Source: Dehalococcoides mccartyi
GTDB lineage: Bacteria > Chloroflexota > Dehalococcoidia > UBA2979
DNA: 64,000 bases
Reading direction: 5' to 3'
Assembly (NCBI GenBank): GCA_945865925.1
Contig: CAMBFG010000002.1
Span: 12,421-76,420 of the forward strand
The notes below the pieces were generated by a model, which had not been told where the DNA came from, made no database searches, and saw only the letters and a program-made list of their open reading frames with translations. Positions 9,048-18,992 of this stretch are shown here, in pieces (position 1 is the stretch's first letter; each line of letters opens with the position of its first letter). The position numbers and the translations under genes were made by a program.

Positions 9048-10309
9048 TGGAACTCCTTCGCTTCGCCACGGTCGGCTCCGTCGATGACGGGAAGAGCACG
9101 CTCATCGGGCGGCTGCTCTACGACGCCAAGTCGATCTTCGAGGACCAGTGGGACGCCATCGAGCGCACGAGCCAGAACCGCGGCGAGGAATACGTAAACC
9201 TCGCGCTGCTGACCGACGGCCTGCGCGCCGAGCGCGAGCAGGGCATCACCATCGATGTCGCCTACCGCTACTTCGCCACGCCAAAGCGGAAGTTCATCAT
9301 CGCGGACACCCCCGGCCACGTGCAGTACACCCGCAACATGGTGACTGGCGCCTCCACCGCCGATGTCGCGCTCATCCTCATCGATGTGCGTCAGGGCGTC
9401 GTCGAGCAGTCCCGCCGGCACGCGTTTATCTCGTCGCTCCTCGGGATCCGCCACTTGGTCGTTTGCGTGAACAAGATGGACCTCGTCGACTTCGACCGCG
9501 CGGCCTTCGAGGCGGTGCGCGACGACTTCCTCCAGTTCGCCAAGCGCCTCGGCGAGGTGGAAGTCACATTCATCCCGATCTCCGCGCTCAACGGCGACAA
9601 CGTCGTCGACCGCTCGGAGTCCACCCCCTGGTTCGACGGTGCTCCGCTGCTCGAGCACCTCGAAGGCCTCGATGTCACAGACGCGGAAGACTTCGACCAC
9701 CCGCGCTTCCCCGTCCAGTACGTCATCCGCCCGATGAGCAACGAGCACCACGACTACCGCGGCTATGCCGGCGCAGTTGCTGGCGGCGCCTTCCGTCCGG
9801 GCGACGAGGTGATGGTGCTCCCCTCAGGCCGTCGCACTCATATCGAGGCCATCGACACGTTCGAGGGCAGCGTGGCGGTCGCCGTGCCACCGATGTCCGT
9901 CACCATCCGCCTCACGGACGACGTCGACGTCTCGCGCGGGAACATGCTCGCCTCGGTCCACCACCCGCCGAAGGCTGCGCGGTCAGTCGAGGCCTGGGTG
10001 TGCTGGATGTCGGAGCGCGGCCGCCTGACTCCGGGCGCGCGCTATGCCATCAAGCACACGACGCACTCGGCGCGCGCCGTCGTCCAGTCCGTCGAGGGCC
10101 GCCTGGACATCAACACGCTGACGGAAGAGCCCGGCGACGGCCTCTCGCTCAACGAGATCGGCCGCGTTTGGCTGAAGACCACCGAGCCGTTGTTCCTCGA
10201 CTGGTACTCCCAGAACCGTCGGACCGGCTCCTTCATCCTCATCGACGAGGTCACCAACAACACCGTCGGCGCCGGCATGATCGTGGGCGCCACCGAGGAG
10301 GACGACTAA
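9047..10309 (+). CDS. cysN: sulfate adenylyltransferase subunit 1 (GTPase)
   Basis: G1 GSVDDGKST and DTPGH. The GTG start overlaps the cysD stop. Confidence 0.9.
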   Translation: MELLRFATVGSVDDGKSTLIGRLLYDAKSIFEDQWDAIERTSQNRGEEYVNLALLTDGLRAEREQGITIDVAYRYFATPKRKFIIADTPGHVQYTRNMVTGASTADVALILIDVRQGVVEQSRRHAFISSLLGIRHLVVCVNKMDLVDFDRAAFEAVRDDFLQFAKRLGEVEVTFIPISALNGDNVVDRSESTPWFDGAPLLEHLEGLDVTDAEDFDHPRFPVQYVIRPMSNEHHDYRGYAGAVAGGAFRPGDEVMVLPSGRRTHIEAIDTFEGSVAVAVPPMSVTIRLTDDVDVSRGNMLASVHHPPKAARSVEAWVCWMSERGRLTPGARYAIKHTTHSARAVVQSVEGRLDINTLTEEPGDGLSLNEIGRVWLKTTEPLFLDWYSQNRRTGSFILIDEVTNNTVGAGMIVGATEEDD

Positions 10310-10408
10310 GCCATCACGGGGCGGCCGAACGGGGCCGTCCGAAGGTCGCCAATCCTCGGCGACTCCCCCCGAACCTCGGGAGGCGCGTCACCGAAGAGGC
10401 CACCTAGA

Positions 10409-11182
10409 GTGGACACCGCAGCAGCAGCGCCGCGGAGCAGGGCACGACTCGTGGGGTACTACCCGATCTTCCTGGAACTCGAGGGCATCCCCGTCCTCCT
10501 CGTGGGCGGCGGTCATGTCGCGCTCGAAAAGATCGGCCGCCTCGTGGACTCCGGCGCACGCGTCACCCTCGTCGCCCCCGACCTCATCCCCCCCGTGCGC
10601 GCCTACGCGGACGGCGGCCGCGTCCGCTGGCTCCCGCGCGCCTTCGAGGACGGTGACACCGCCGGCCAGCGCTTCGTCTTCGTCGCGACTGACAACGGCG
10701 AGGTGAACCGCCGCGTGGCCGACGAGGCACGCGCCGCCGGCACGCTGGTGAACGCCGCGGACGACGTCGACAACTGCGACTTCATCCTGCCCTCGGTCGT
10801 ACGCAAGGGGCCGCTGCAGATCGCGGCGTCCACCGCCGGCACGTCCCCCGCCATGGCACGCTGGCTGCGCGAGCGGCTCACCGAGTTCCTCACCGACGAC
10901 ATCGAGATCCTCGCGACGCTGCTCGGCGACATCCGCCGTGAGGTGCGCGCCGGCGACCGCGAGTGCGCAGGCCGCTGCGAGCGCGCGCTGACGCCCCCGC
11001 CGCTGCTCTGCGACACCTGCCCCAACCGCATCCCCGCCGACCGCTGGCAGGAGGCGATCGACCCCGAGGTGCTGCGCCTGATCGCCTCGCGCGACCTCGA
11101 TGCGGCGCGCGCGCGGATCGTCCGAAGCCTGCACCGGGAGGCCCTCGTTGCCTCGCCCACGTGGCGGGAGGCGGCACGATGA
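10409..11182 (+). CDS. precorrin-2 dehydrogenase / sirohydrochlorin ferrochelatase (CysG N-terminal / SirC-Met8 type)
   Basis: Rossmann motif LVGGGHVALEK and Met8/SirC-like length. The start is uncertain: GTG at 10409 or at 10454. Confidence 0.75.
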   Translation: MDTAAAAPRSRARLVGYYPIFLELEGIPVLLVGGGHVALEKIGRLVDSGARVTLVAPDLIPPVRAYADGGRVRWLPRAFEDGDTAGQRFVFVATDNGEVNRRVADEARAAGTLVNAADDVDNCDFILPSVVRKGPLQIAASTAGTSPAMARWLRERLTEFLTDDIEILATLLGDIRREVRAGDRECAGRCERALTPPPLLCDTCPNRIPADRWQEAIDPEVLRLIASRDLDAARARIVRSLHREALVASPTWREAAR

Positions 11183-12459
11183 TTACCGCCGCCGGCTTCT
11201 CCCACCACACGACGCCCGTCCACGTCCGCGAGCGGCTCACCCCGCCAGCCGATGACGTCCCCGGCATCCTGAAGCGCGCGCGCGGCCAGTTCGGTGCCGC
11301 CGCCCTGATCTCCACCTGCAATCGCGTGGAGCTGTACCTCTCCGGCGAACACGAGGCCGGGCCGGTCATCGGCTTCCTCGCGCACGAGTTCGGCACCGAC
11401 GGCGATGTCGCGGAGCGCTATCTCCAGACGTGGCACGGCGTCGAGGCCGTTGAGCACCTCTACCGCGTCGCCAGCGGCCTCGATTCGATGGTGGTCGGCG
11501 AGACAGAGATCCTCGGCCAGGTGCGTGCCGGGTTCTCCGAGGCCGTCCGTGCGGAGACGCAGGACGCCGTCATCTCGCGGCTGTTCCACACGGCAGTACG
11601 CACCGGCCGTCGCGCCCGCAACGAGACCGGCATCGGCGACGGTGCCCTCTCTGTCTCCTCGATCGCCGCGCAGCAGGCGCGCGCGCTCGTCCCGGATCTC
11701 ACCGCGGCGCGCATCCTCGTGGTCGGCGCCGGCGAGGCTGGCCAACTGGCCGCGCAGGCCCTCGTCGCCGCTGGCGCACGCGACATCGTCGTCACCAACC
11801 GCACGCTCGCGCGTGCCGAGTCCGTCGCCGCAGCCCTCGGTGGCTCCGCCGTCCCCTTCGCGGCCCTTGGCACCGCCCTCGCGAGCGCCCACGTCGTCAT
11901 CGGCGCTGCGGGTGCCGCAACTCCGCTTGTCGAGACCGCACACCTCGAAGCCGCATTCGCCACGCGTGACGGCGCACCGCTCGTCATCATCGACATCGCG
12001 ATGCCGCGCACGGTCGATCCGGCCGCGCGCACGATGCCCGGCGTCGCCTACTTCGACCTCGACGACCTGCAGGCGCTCGCCGACCACGCGAGTACTGCCC
12101 GCGCCAGCGAGGTCACCGCCGTCGAGACCATCGTCGCCGAGGAGACCGCCCGCTTCGCCGCCTGGGGCGCCCGCCTGCACATCGGCCCCACGATCGCCGC
12201 GCTCACCGACCGCACCGAGGCCCTCCGCCGGGCCGAGGTCGCGAAGGTGCTGCGTCGCCTCCGCCTCGAAGGCGCCGACCGCGCGCAGGTGGAGGAACTG
12301 ATGGAGGCGGCGACACGCGGCCTGGTGAACCAGTTGCTGGCCGGCCCGATCGCCACGCTCAACGAGCGCCACGACCAGGACGGCTACGTGGACACCGTCC
12401 GCGACCTCTTCCGCCTCGACTCCCGGCCTGACGAGGCCCGCGCGACCGACGCGGACTGA
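11179..12459 (+). CDS. hemA: glutamyl-tRNA reductase
   Basis: Catalytic motif STCNRVELY, and NADPH-binding GAGEAG. Confidence 0.85.
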   Translation: MITAAGFSHHTTPVHVRERLTPPADDVPGILKRARGQFGAAALISTCNRVELYLSGEHEAGPVIGFLAHEFGTDGDVAERYLQTWHGVEAVEHLYRVASGLDSMVVGETEILGQVRAGFSEAVRAETQDAVISRLFHTAVRTGRRARNETGIGDGALSVSSIAAQQARALVPDLTAARILVVGAGEAGQLAAQALVAAGARDIVVTNRTLARAESVAAALGGSAVPFAALGTALASAHVVIGAAGAATPLVETAHLEAAFATRDGAPLVIIDIAMPRTVDPAARTMPGVAYFDLDDLQALADHASTARASEVTAVETIVAEETARFAAWGARLHIGPTIAALTDRTEALRRAEVAKVLRRLRLEGADRAQVEELMEAATRGLVNQLLAGPIATLNERHDQDGYVDTVRDLFRLDSRPDEARATDAD

Positions 12460-12464
12460 GTCCC

Positions 12465-13373
12465 GTGCCTCGCCTCCGCCTCGCCACTCGCGCTTCCGCG
12501 CTCGCCCTCGTCCAATCGCGCCTCGCTGCCGATGCCATCCGCGCCGCCCATCCTGACGTCGAGATCGAACTCGTCGAGGTGAGCACCCGTGGCGACCGTG
12601 ACCAGGCGACACCACTCAGCGCAATGGGCGGCGAGGGTGTCTTCGTCGCCGCCGTCCGTGACGCGGTACGCGAGGGTCGTGCGGACGCCGCCGTGCACTC
12701 GCTCAAGGACATGCCCACGATGCCCGTCCTCGGCCTCGTCATCGCCGCCATGCTCGAACGTGCCGACCCGCGTGACGCCTTCGTCGGCCGCGGCGGCCGA
12801 CGCCTGCGCGACCTCGCTGCTGGCGCGCGCGTCGGCACGAGCGCGACCCGGCGCGCCGCGATCCTGCGTGCGATGCGCCCCGACCTCGAGATCGTGGAAA
12901 TCCGAGGCAACGTGGACACGCGCCTCGCGAAGGTGGAGCGCGGCGAGTACGACGGCACGGTGCTCGCCGCCGCCGGACTGCTCCGCCTCGGACGGCTGGG
13001 TGAGGCGACGGAGATCTACGAGGCGCACGAGTTCCTCCCGTCACCGGGCCAAGGCGTCATCGCCATCGAGTGCCGCACGGACGACGCAGCTACCCGCGCG
13101 TTGATCGAGGCCGCAGACCACGCGCCGACGCGACTCGCTGCGACGACGGAGCGCGCCGTGCTCGCCGCCCTCGGCGCCGGGTGTGAACTCGGCGTGGGCG
13201 CGTACGCGCAGCGCGAAGACGACCTGATCGCCCTGCGCGCGATGCTTGCCCCCGGCGATGGCATGGGCGCACCGATCTTCGGCGACGCGACCGGCCGGAT
13301 CGCGGACGCCGAGGAGTTGGGCCACGGCCTCGCCGAGCGGCTGAAGGTCGCCCTCGAAGGTGGGATCGCGTGA
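12465..13373 (+). CDS. hemC: hydroxymethylbilane synthase (porphobilinogen deaminase)
   Basis: HemC N-terminal LRLATRASALA and family length. Confidence 0.85.
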   Translation: MPRLRLATRASALALVQSRLAADAIRAAHPDVEIELVEVSTRGDRDQATPLSAMGGEGVFVAAVRDAVREGRADAAVHSLKDMPTMPVLGLVIAAMLERADPRDAFVGRGGRRLRDLAAGARVGTSATRRAAILRAMRPDLEIVEIRGNVDTRLAKVERGEYDGTVLAAAGLLRLGRLGEATEIYEAHEFLPSPGQGVIAIECRTDDAATRALIEAADHAPTRLAATTERAVLAALGAGCELGVGAYAQREDDLIALRAMLAPGDGMGAPIFGDATGRIADAEELGHGLAERLKVALEGGIA

Positions 13374-14914
13374 GCCTCGGACACGTGTGGCTGGTCGGCG
13401 CGGGGCCGGGCGACCCCGGACTGATCACCGCGCTCGGCCTCGCCGCCCTGCGCCGCGCGGACGTCGTCGTCTTCGACCGCCTCGCCCCCCACGAACTCCT
13501 CGACGAAGCGCCGTCCGAGGCGATCCGGATCGACGCGGGGAAGAGTGCGGACAACCACACGCTGACGCAGGACGAGATCAACGCACTCCTCGTCCAGCAT
13601 GGCAGCGCCGGGCGGCGCGTCGTGCGCCTCAAGGGCGGCGACCCGTACGTCTTCGGGCGTGGCGGGGAGGAAGCCATCGCGCTGGCCAAGGCGGGCGTCC
13701 CCTGCACCGTCATCCCCGGCGTGACCTCGGCCATCGGTGGGCTCGCCCTCGGCGGTGTCCCCGTCACCCACCGAGGCATCGCGACCTCGTTTGCCGTGGT
13801 CACCGGCCACGAAGATCCGACGAAACCCCAAGAAGGCGTCGACTGGGCACGCCTCGCAGGTGCCAGCGACACGATCGTGGTGCTGATGGGCGCCGCCCGC
13901 CTCGACGGCATCGCGCGCGCGCTGATCGAGGGTGGCCGTCCGGCCTCCACGCCCGCGGCCGTCATCCAGGAAGCGAGCACGCCACGCCAGCGCGCCGTCA
14001 CCGGCACCCTCGCCACCATCGCCGAGGCCGCCCAAGCCGCGAAGATCGAGGCGCCTGCACTGTTCGTGATCGGCGACGTCGCCGCGTTCCAGCAGTCGCT
14101 CGCGCCGAGCGCCCTCGCGCCGCTCGCGGGGAAGCGTGTCCTCGTCACCCGTACACGAGCGCAGGCCTCGTCGCTTGCCGAGGCGCTCCGCCTCGAGGGC
14201 GCGTACCCGCTGCTGCTCCCCGCGATCGAACTCGAACGCCGCGTGGACGCCTCGGCCGCCGCGCGCGTCGCCGCCGCGCTCACCGAGGGCGTCTACGGGT
14301 GGACGGTGTTCACCTCGGCCAACGCGGTCGAGGCGTTCGTCGATGCACTGTTTGAGGCCGGCGGCGACGCTCGCGCGCTCGCGCGCACTCGCATCGCCGC
14401 GATCGGCACCGCCACCGAGGGCGCCCTCCGCACCCGAGGCCTGCGCGCGAACCTCGTCCCCACGGAAGCCATCGGCGAGGCGTTGGGTACCGCCCTCGCG
14501 CCGCACGTCGGCGGAACGCGTGTGCTACTCCCGCGTGCCGAGGGCGCGCGCGACACCTTGCCCGCCGCACTCCGCGTCGCCGGAGCCGAGGTCGACGAAC
14601 TGACGCTCTACCTCGCCGCTCCGCCTGCGGAACCGCCCGCCGAGGTGCTGGCCGCCCTCCGCGCCGGTGAGGTCGATGTGGCGATGTTCACCTCCTCCTC
14701 CACCGTAACCAATCTCGCCTCGATGCTCGGCGGTGACCTCAGCGCCCTGAGCGGGGCGGTCATTGCCTGCATCGGACCGATCGTGGCCGAGACGGCGCGC
14801 GAACGAGGGCTGCGGGTGGACGTGGTGGCCGAGCCGCATACGATCGATGGGCTGGTCGAGGCGACGCGTGCGTTCCTGCACGCCCGCCGCCCCGCGCGGA
14901 CGGAGGTCCGGTGA
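13370..14914 (+). CDS. uroporphyrinogen-III C-methyltransferase fused to uroporphyrinogen-III synthase (CobA-HemD)
   Basis: N-terminal half has [10 protein letters not shown] and GGDP (SUMT); C-terminal half is HemD-like ([20 protein letters not shown]). The GTG start overlaps the hemC stop. Confidence 0.8.
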   Translation: MSLGHVWLVGAGPGDPGLITALGLAALRRADVVVFDRLAPHELLDEAPSEAIRIDAGKSADNHTLTQDEINALLVQHGSAGRRVVRLKGGDPYVFGRGGEEAIALAKAGVPCTVIPGVTSAIGGLALGGVPVTHRGIATSFAVVTGHEDPTKPQEGVDWARLAGASDTIVVLMGAARLDGIARALIEGGRPASTPAAVIQEASTPRQRAVTGTLATIAEAAQAAKIEAPALFVIGDVAAFQQSLAPSALAPLAGKRVLVTRTRAQASSLAEALRLEGAYPLLLPAIELERRVDASAAARVAAALTEGVYGWTVFTSANAVEAFVDALFEAGGDARALARTRIAAIGTATEGALRTRGLRANLVPTEAIGEALGTALAPHVGGTRVLLPRAEGARDTLPAALRVAGAEVDELTLYLAAPPAEPPAEVLAALRAGEVDVAMFTSSSTVTNLASMLGGDLSALSGAVIACIGPIVAETARERGLRVDVVAEPHTIDGLVEATRAFLHARRPARTEVR

Positions 14915-15915
14915 TGGTTGCAGCCACGCGCCTCGCGCCGTTCACGCGCACCCGTCGCACGCGACGTACCGAGGCCCTGCGCGCCCTCGTGCGCGAGACG
15001 CGCCTCGACCCATCGCAGTTCGTCTACCCGCTGTTCATCACGCACGGCCAGGGCATCCGCCACGAGATCTCGTCGATGCCCGGCCAGTACCAGTTGAGCG
15101 TGGACATGCTGGCGCCCGAGGTCACCGAGTTGCGCGACCTCGGCGTGCGCGCGGTGCTGCTCTTCGGTCTGCCCGCCTCGAAGGACGCCGAGGGCACCGA
15201 GGCCTACGCCGACGACGGCATCGTGCAGCAGGCGATCCGCGAACTGAAGCGGCTTGACCCGGCCCTCGTGACCATCGCGGACATCTGCCTCTGCGAGTAC
15301 ACCGACCACGGCCACTGCGGCATCCTCACCGCGACCGGTGAGGTCGACAACGACCCGTCGCTCGACCTGCTCTCGCGCATGGCGGTCTCCACCGCCCGTG
15401 CGGGTGCGGACGTCATCGCCCCCAGCGACATGATGGACGGGCGCGTCGGCGCGATCCGCGAAGCCCTCGACGAGGCCGGGTATGCGAGCACGCCGATCAT
15501 GGCCTACTCCGCGAAGTACGCCTCCGCCTTCTACGGCCCGTTCCGCGAGGCCGCCGACTCCGCGCCGCAGTTCGGCGACCGCCGCGGCTACCAGATGGAC
15601 CCCGCGAACGGCCTCGAAGCCCTGCGCGAGGTGGAGGCGGACATCGAGGAGTCCGCGGACATCGTGATGGTGAAGCCCGCGCTCCCGTACCTCGATGTGA
15701 TCCGCGCCGTGCGCGAGCGCACCGACCTGCCGCTCGCCGCCTACAACGTCTCCGGCGAGTACGCGATGGTGAAGGCCGCCGCCGCGAACGGCTGGCTGGA
15801 CGAGCGCCGCGTCGTCCTCGAGATCCTCACCTCGATCGCGCGGGCGGGTGCGGGGATCATCATCACCTACCACGCGAAGGATGCCGCGCGCTGGCTGCGC
15901 GAGGATCGCCGGTGA
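14911..15915 (+). CDS. hemB: porphobilinogen synthase (ALA dehydratase)
   Basis: HemB family similarity throughout. It overlaps the upstream stop. Confidence 0.85.
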   Translation: MMVAATRLAPFTRTRRTRRTEALRALVRETRLDPSQFVYPLFITHGQGIRHEISSMPGQYQLSVDMLAPEVTELRDLGVRAVLLFGLPASKDAEGTEAYADDGIVQQAIRELKRLDPALVTIADICLCEYTDHGHCGILTATGEVDNDPSLDLLSRMAVSTARAGADVIAPSDMMDGRVGAIREALDEAGYASTPIMAYSAKYASAFYGPFREAADSAPQFGDRRGYQMDPANGLEALREVEADIEESADIVMVKPALPYLDVIRAVRERTDLPLAAYNVSGEYAMVKAAAANGWLDERRVVLEILTSIARAGAGIIITYHAKDAARWLREDRR

Positions 15916-17198
15916 CCGGACCGCGCTCGCTGGCTGCCATGACGCGCGCCGAACGCGTGCTCCCCGGCGGCGTCGACTCCCCCGTGCGCGCCTACCGCGC
16001 CGTCGGCGGGTCGCCCGTCTTCGTCGCCTCCGGCCGAGGCGCCACGATCACCGACATCGACGGCCGTGAGTACCTCGACTATGTGCAGTCGTACGGCCCG
16101 CTGATCCTCGGCCACGCCCACCCCGCGGTCGTCGAGGCGATCCGCGCCGCCGCACCCCTCGGCACCTCCTTCGGCGCACCGACCGAGGCCGAGCCCGCCC
16201 TTGCCGAGCGCATCATCGAGGCCGTCCCATCGATCGAGATGCTGCGCTTCGTCTCCTCCGGCACGGAGGCGGCGATGAGCGCCATCCGGCTCGCCCGGGC
16301 CGCGACGAAGCGTGACCTGGTCCTGAAGTTCGAGGGCTGTTACCACGGTCACGCGGACGGCCTGCTGGTCGCCGCCGGCTCAGGCGTCGCGACGCTCTCG
16401 CTGCCTGACTCGGCCGGTGTACCTGCCGCCTATGCCGCGCAGACGCTCGTTGCCCCCTACAACGACCTCGATGCCGTGCGCGCGACCTTCGCGGCGCATC
16501 CCGGCGCCATTGCTGCCATCATCGTGGAGCCGATCGCCGGCAACATGGGCCTCGTCGAACCAGCCGAGGGGTACCTCGAAGGCCTCCGCGCGCTCTGCGA
16601 CGCCGAAGGCGCCCTGCTCATCTTCGACGAGGTGATCAGCGGGTTCCGCGCCTCGATCGGTGGCGCGCAGGCGGTGTACGACATCCGACCTGACCTCACC
16701 GTCCTCGGCAAGATCATTGGAGGCGGGCTCCCCGTCGGGGCGTATGGCGGACGGCGCGACCTGATGTCGATGATTGCCCCGCTTGGCCCCGTCTACCAGG
16801 CGGGCACCCTGTCCGGGAACCCGCTTGCGATGGCTGCAGGCACCGCCACCCTCGACGCCCTCCGCGCAATGCCCGATGCGTACGTGCGCCTCGAGGCCCT
16901 GGGCGAGCGGCTGGAGACCGGCCTGCGGGCCGCCATCGAGTCTGCCGGGGTGCGCGTGTCCGTCGCGCGGTCCGGCTCGCTACTCACGCTGTTCTTTGGC
17001 CTCGATGCCCCACCCACGAACTGGGCACAGGCGAAACAGGCCGACACCGCCGCCTTCGCGAAGTTCCACCACGCGATGCTCGAAGGCGGCGTCCACCTGC
17101 CCCCGAGTCAGTACGAGGCGTGGTTCCTCTCGCTGGCGCACACCGACGCGGACGTCGATCACACGGTCGCCGTCGTAGCGCGCGCGCTGACTGCGTAA
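15912..17198 (+). CDS. hemL: glutamate-1-semialdehyde 2,1-aminomutase
   Basis: Class-III aminotransferase with [13 protein letters not shown] and the YHGH motif. Confidence 0.9.
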   Translation: MTGPRSLAAMTRAERVLPGGVDSPVRAYRAVGGSPVFVASGRGATITDIDGREYLDYVQSYGPLILGHAHPAVVEAIRAAAPLGTSFGAPTEAEPALAERIIEAVPSIEMLRFVSSGTEAAMSAIRLARAATKRDLVLKFEGCYHGHADGLLVAAGSGVATLSLPDSAGVPAAYAAQTLVAPYNDLDAVRATFAAHPGAIAAIIVEPIAGNMGLVEPAEGYLEGLRALCDAEGALLIFDEVISGFRASIGGAQAVYDIRPDLTVLGKIIGGGLPVGAYGGRRDLMSMIAPLGPVYQAGTLSGNPLAMAAGTATLDALRAMPDAYVRLEALGERLETGLRAAIESAGVRVSVARSGSLLTLFFGLDAPPTNWAQAKQADTAAFAKFHHAMLEGGVHLPPSQYEAWFLSLAHTDADVDHTVAVVARALTA

Positions 17199-17464
17199 TC
17201 TCGTCCAGATGTCCGATCTCTCCTGCGCCAGCGACGCCTGCCATGATCGGGACAAGATCATCGCGCTGATGCACTGAGAAACAGGCCTCCAGCCTCCGTT
17301 CACACAGCCGTCATGAGAACGCAGCGTGAGCGATATCTTCCGCACGCCTCAGCGTGACCGTCACGACACGTCAGGCACACACGGACGCAAACGAAGATTC
17401 ATCGTCACGAAACCCCCCATTGGTTGGCGCTCCGTACCTTCGAGGTGGGAGAGGTCAGCCACCA
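17199..17464 (+). promoter_or_regulatory. 266-bp lower-GC leader/promoter region upstream of nirA, with GTCAC/GAAAC-type repeats
   Basis: Intergenic sequence gtgaccgtcacgacacgtcaggcac...tcatcgtcacgaaacc. It ends with a GGGAGAGG RBS before the ATG at 17465. Confidence 0.3.
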
Positions 17465-18979
17465 ATGAGCAACAAGTTCGAGGCGATGAAGGCGGAAAAG
17501 GACGGGCTGGACGTCTGGCCGGACCTCCTGCGCTACGCCGCCGAGGACACCCCGGTCGACCAGATCCCGGACGACGACCTCCAGCGGATGAAGTGGTACG
17601 GGGTCTTTCACCGGCCGCAGACGCCCGGCACCTTCATGATGCGGCTCCGCTTGCCTGGAGGGCGCGCAACCTCTGACCAGCTGCGCGTGATCGCAAGCCT
17701 GGCCGAGGCGGGCACGCACCCCTATCTAGATGTCACATCCCGCCAGAACATCCAGTTGCGCGGTTTCCGCCTCCCCGATGTCCCCGGCATGATCGAGGCG
17801 CTGCGCAGCGCAGGCGTCCTCGCTCAGCAGACCGGCTTGGACAATGTCCGCAACATCATGGGCTGTCCCCTGGCCGGCATCGATGGGAACGAGGTCTTCG
17901 ACGCCACAGACCTCGTCGAAGCGCTCGTGGATCCGTACCTCGGCGACCGCGCCTACTCGAACCTCCCGAGAAAGTTCAACGTCTCGATCACCGGTTGCCG
18001 TCAGGACTGCGGGCACGCGCAGACGCAGGACCTCGGTCTGATCCCTGCGACACTCGATGGTGCCGTTGGCTTTAACGTCCTGGTCGGTGGCGCCCTCGGT
18101 GGTACCTCGCCACGGCTCGCCACTCCGCTCGATGTCTTCGTCGAGCCCGCCGAGGTACAGCCACTCTTCCTCGCACTCTTGCGCGTCTACCGCGACCACG
18201 GGCCACGCGAGAAGCGCACACAGGCCCGGCTCAAGTGGCTGATCGAAGAGTGGGGTGAGCCTCGGCTCCGCGATGCTGTCGAGGCCGAGGTGGGCCACGC
18301 ACTCCGTCGTGCCGGCGCGGACGAGCGCAGCGCGGTCGCCGGCGACCATCTGGGCGTCCACCCGCAGCGCGAGCCAGGTATGTCCTATGTGTGGCTGCAC
18401 GTCGCCGTCGGGAATATCCGCGCTGCGACGCTGCGCGAACTCGCTCGAGTCGCCGAGGTCTACGGACGTGGGGAGGTTCGCCTCACCGTGGACCAGAACG
18501 CGCTCATCCCGCACGTACCAGACGCGTTGCTCCCCACGCTCCTGGCCGAGCCGCTGCTGACCGAACTGCGTCCTGACGTGCCGTCGATCTGGCGGAACCT
18601 CGTTGCCTGTACTGGCAACGACTACTGCCACTACTCGCTGATCGACACGAAGGGAACGGCGCTCCGTGTCGCGACCGAGCTCGAACGCCGCGGTGTCGAG
18701 GCACCAGCGGGCACACGCATCCACGTCTCTGGTTGTGTCCACGCCTGTGCCAAGCACCACATCGCGGACATCGGCATCCAAGGCGTGAACGTCCGCCTCA
18801 ACGGGCAGGTTGAGGAGGCGGGCGACATCTTTGTCGGCGGACGCCTCGGCGACTCCGGCCGTCTCGCCACTCGCTCTCAGGAGAAGGTTTTACTCACCGA
18901 CCTCGCGGATGCCATCGAAGGACTCCTCCGCGGAGCGTCCACCCCCGCACCCATCACATCTCCGGCGATCGCCGGCTAA
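17465..18979 (+). CDS. nirA: ferredoxin-nitrite reductase (siroheme/[4Fe-4S])
   Basis: NirA/Sir fold with motifs TGCRQDCGHAQ and SGCVHACAKHH, followed by the nitrate ABC transporter genes. Confidence 0.8.
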   Translation: MSNKFEAMKAEKDGLDVWPDLLRYAAEDTPVDQIPDDDLQRMKWYGVFHRPQTPGTFMMRLRLPGGRATSDQLRVIASLAEAGTHPYLDVTSRQNIQLRGFRLPDVPGMIEALRSAGVLAQQTGLDNVRNIMGCPLAGIDGNEVFDATDLVEALVDPYLGDRAYSNLPRKFNVSITGCRQDCGHAQTQDLGLIPATLDGAVGFNVLVGGALGGTSPRLATPLDVFVEPAEVQPLFLALLRVYRDHGPREKRTQARLKWLIEEWGEPRLRDAVEAEVGHALRRAGADERSAVAGDHLGVHPQREPGMSYVWLHVAVGNIRAATLRELARVAEVYGRGEVRLTVDQNALIPHVPDALLPTLLAEPLLTELRPDVPSIWRNLVACTGNDYCHYSLIDTKGTALRVATELERRGVEAPAGTRIHVSGCVHACAKHHIADIGIQGVNVRLNGQVEEAGDIFVGGRLGDSGRLATRSQEKVLLTDLADAIEGLLRGASTPAPITSPAIAG

Positions 18980-18992
18980 CGAGAGGATTCCT

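Noticed and set aside
10310-10408. Possible intrinsic terminator (gtcgcc-N7-ggcgac) between cysN and the sirC-like gene
   Set aside because: The 6-bp stem has no downstream U-tract, and the downstream genes are tightly coupled biosynthetically. More likely a weak secondary structure than a terminator. Kept only as a note.
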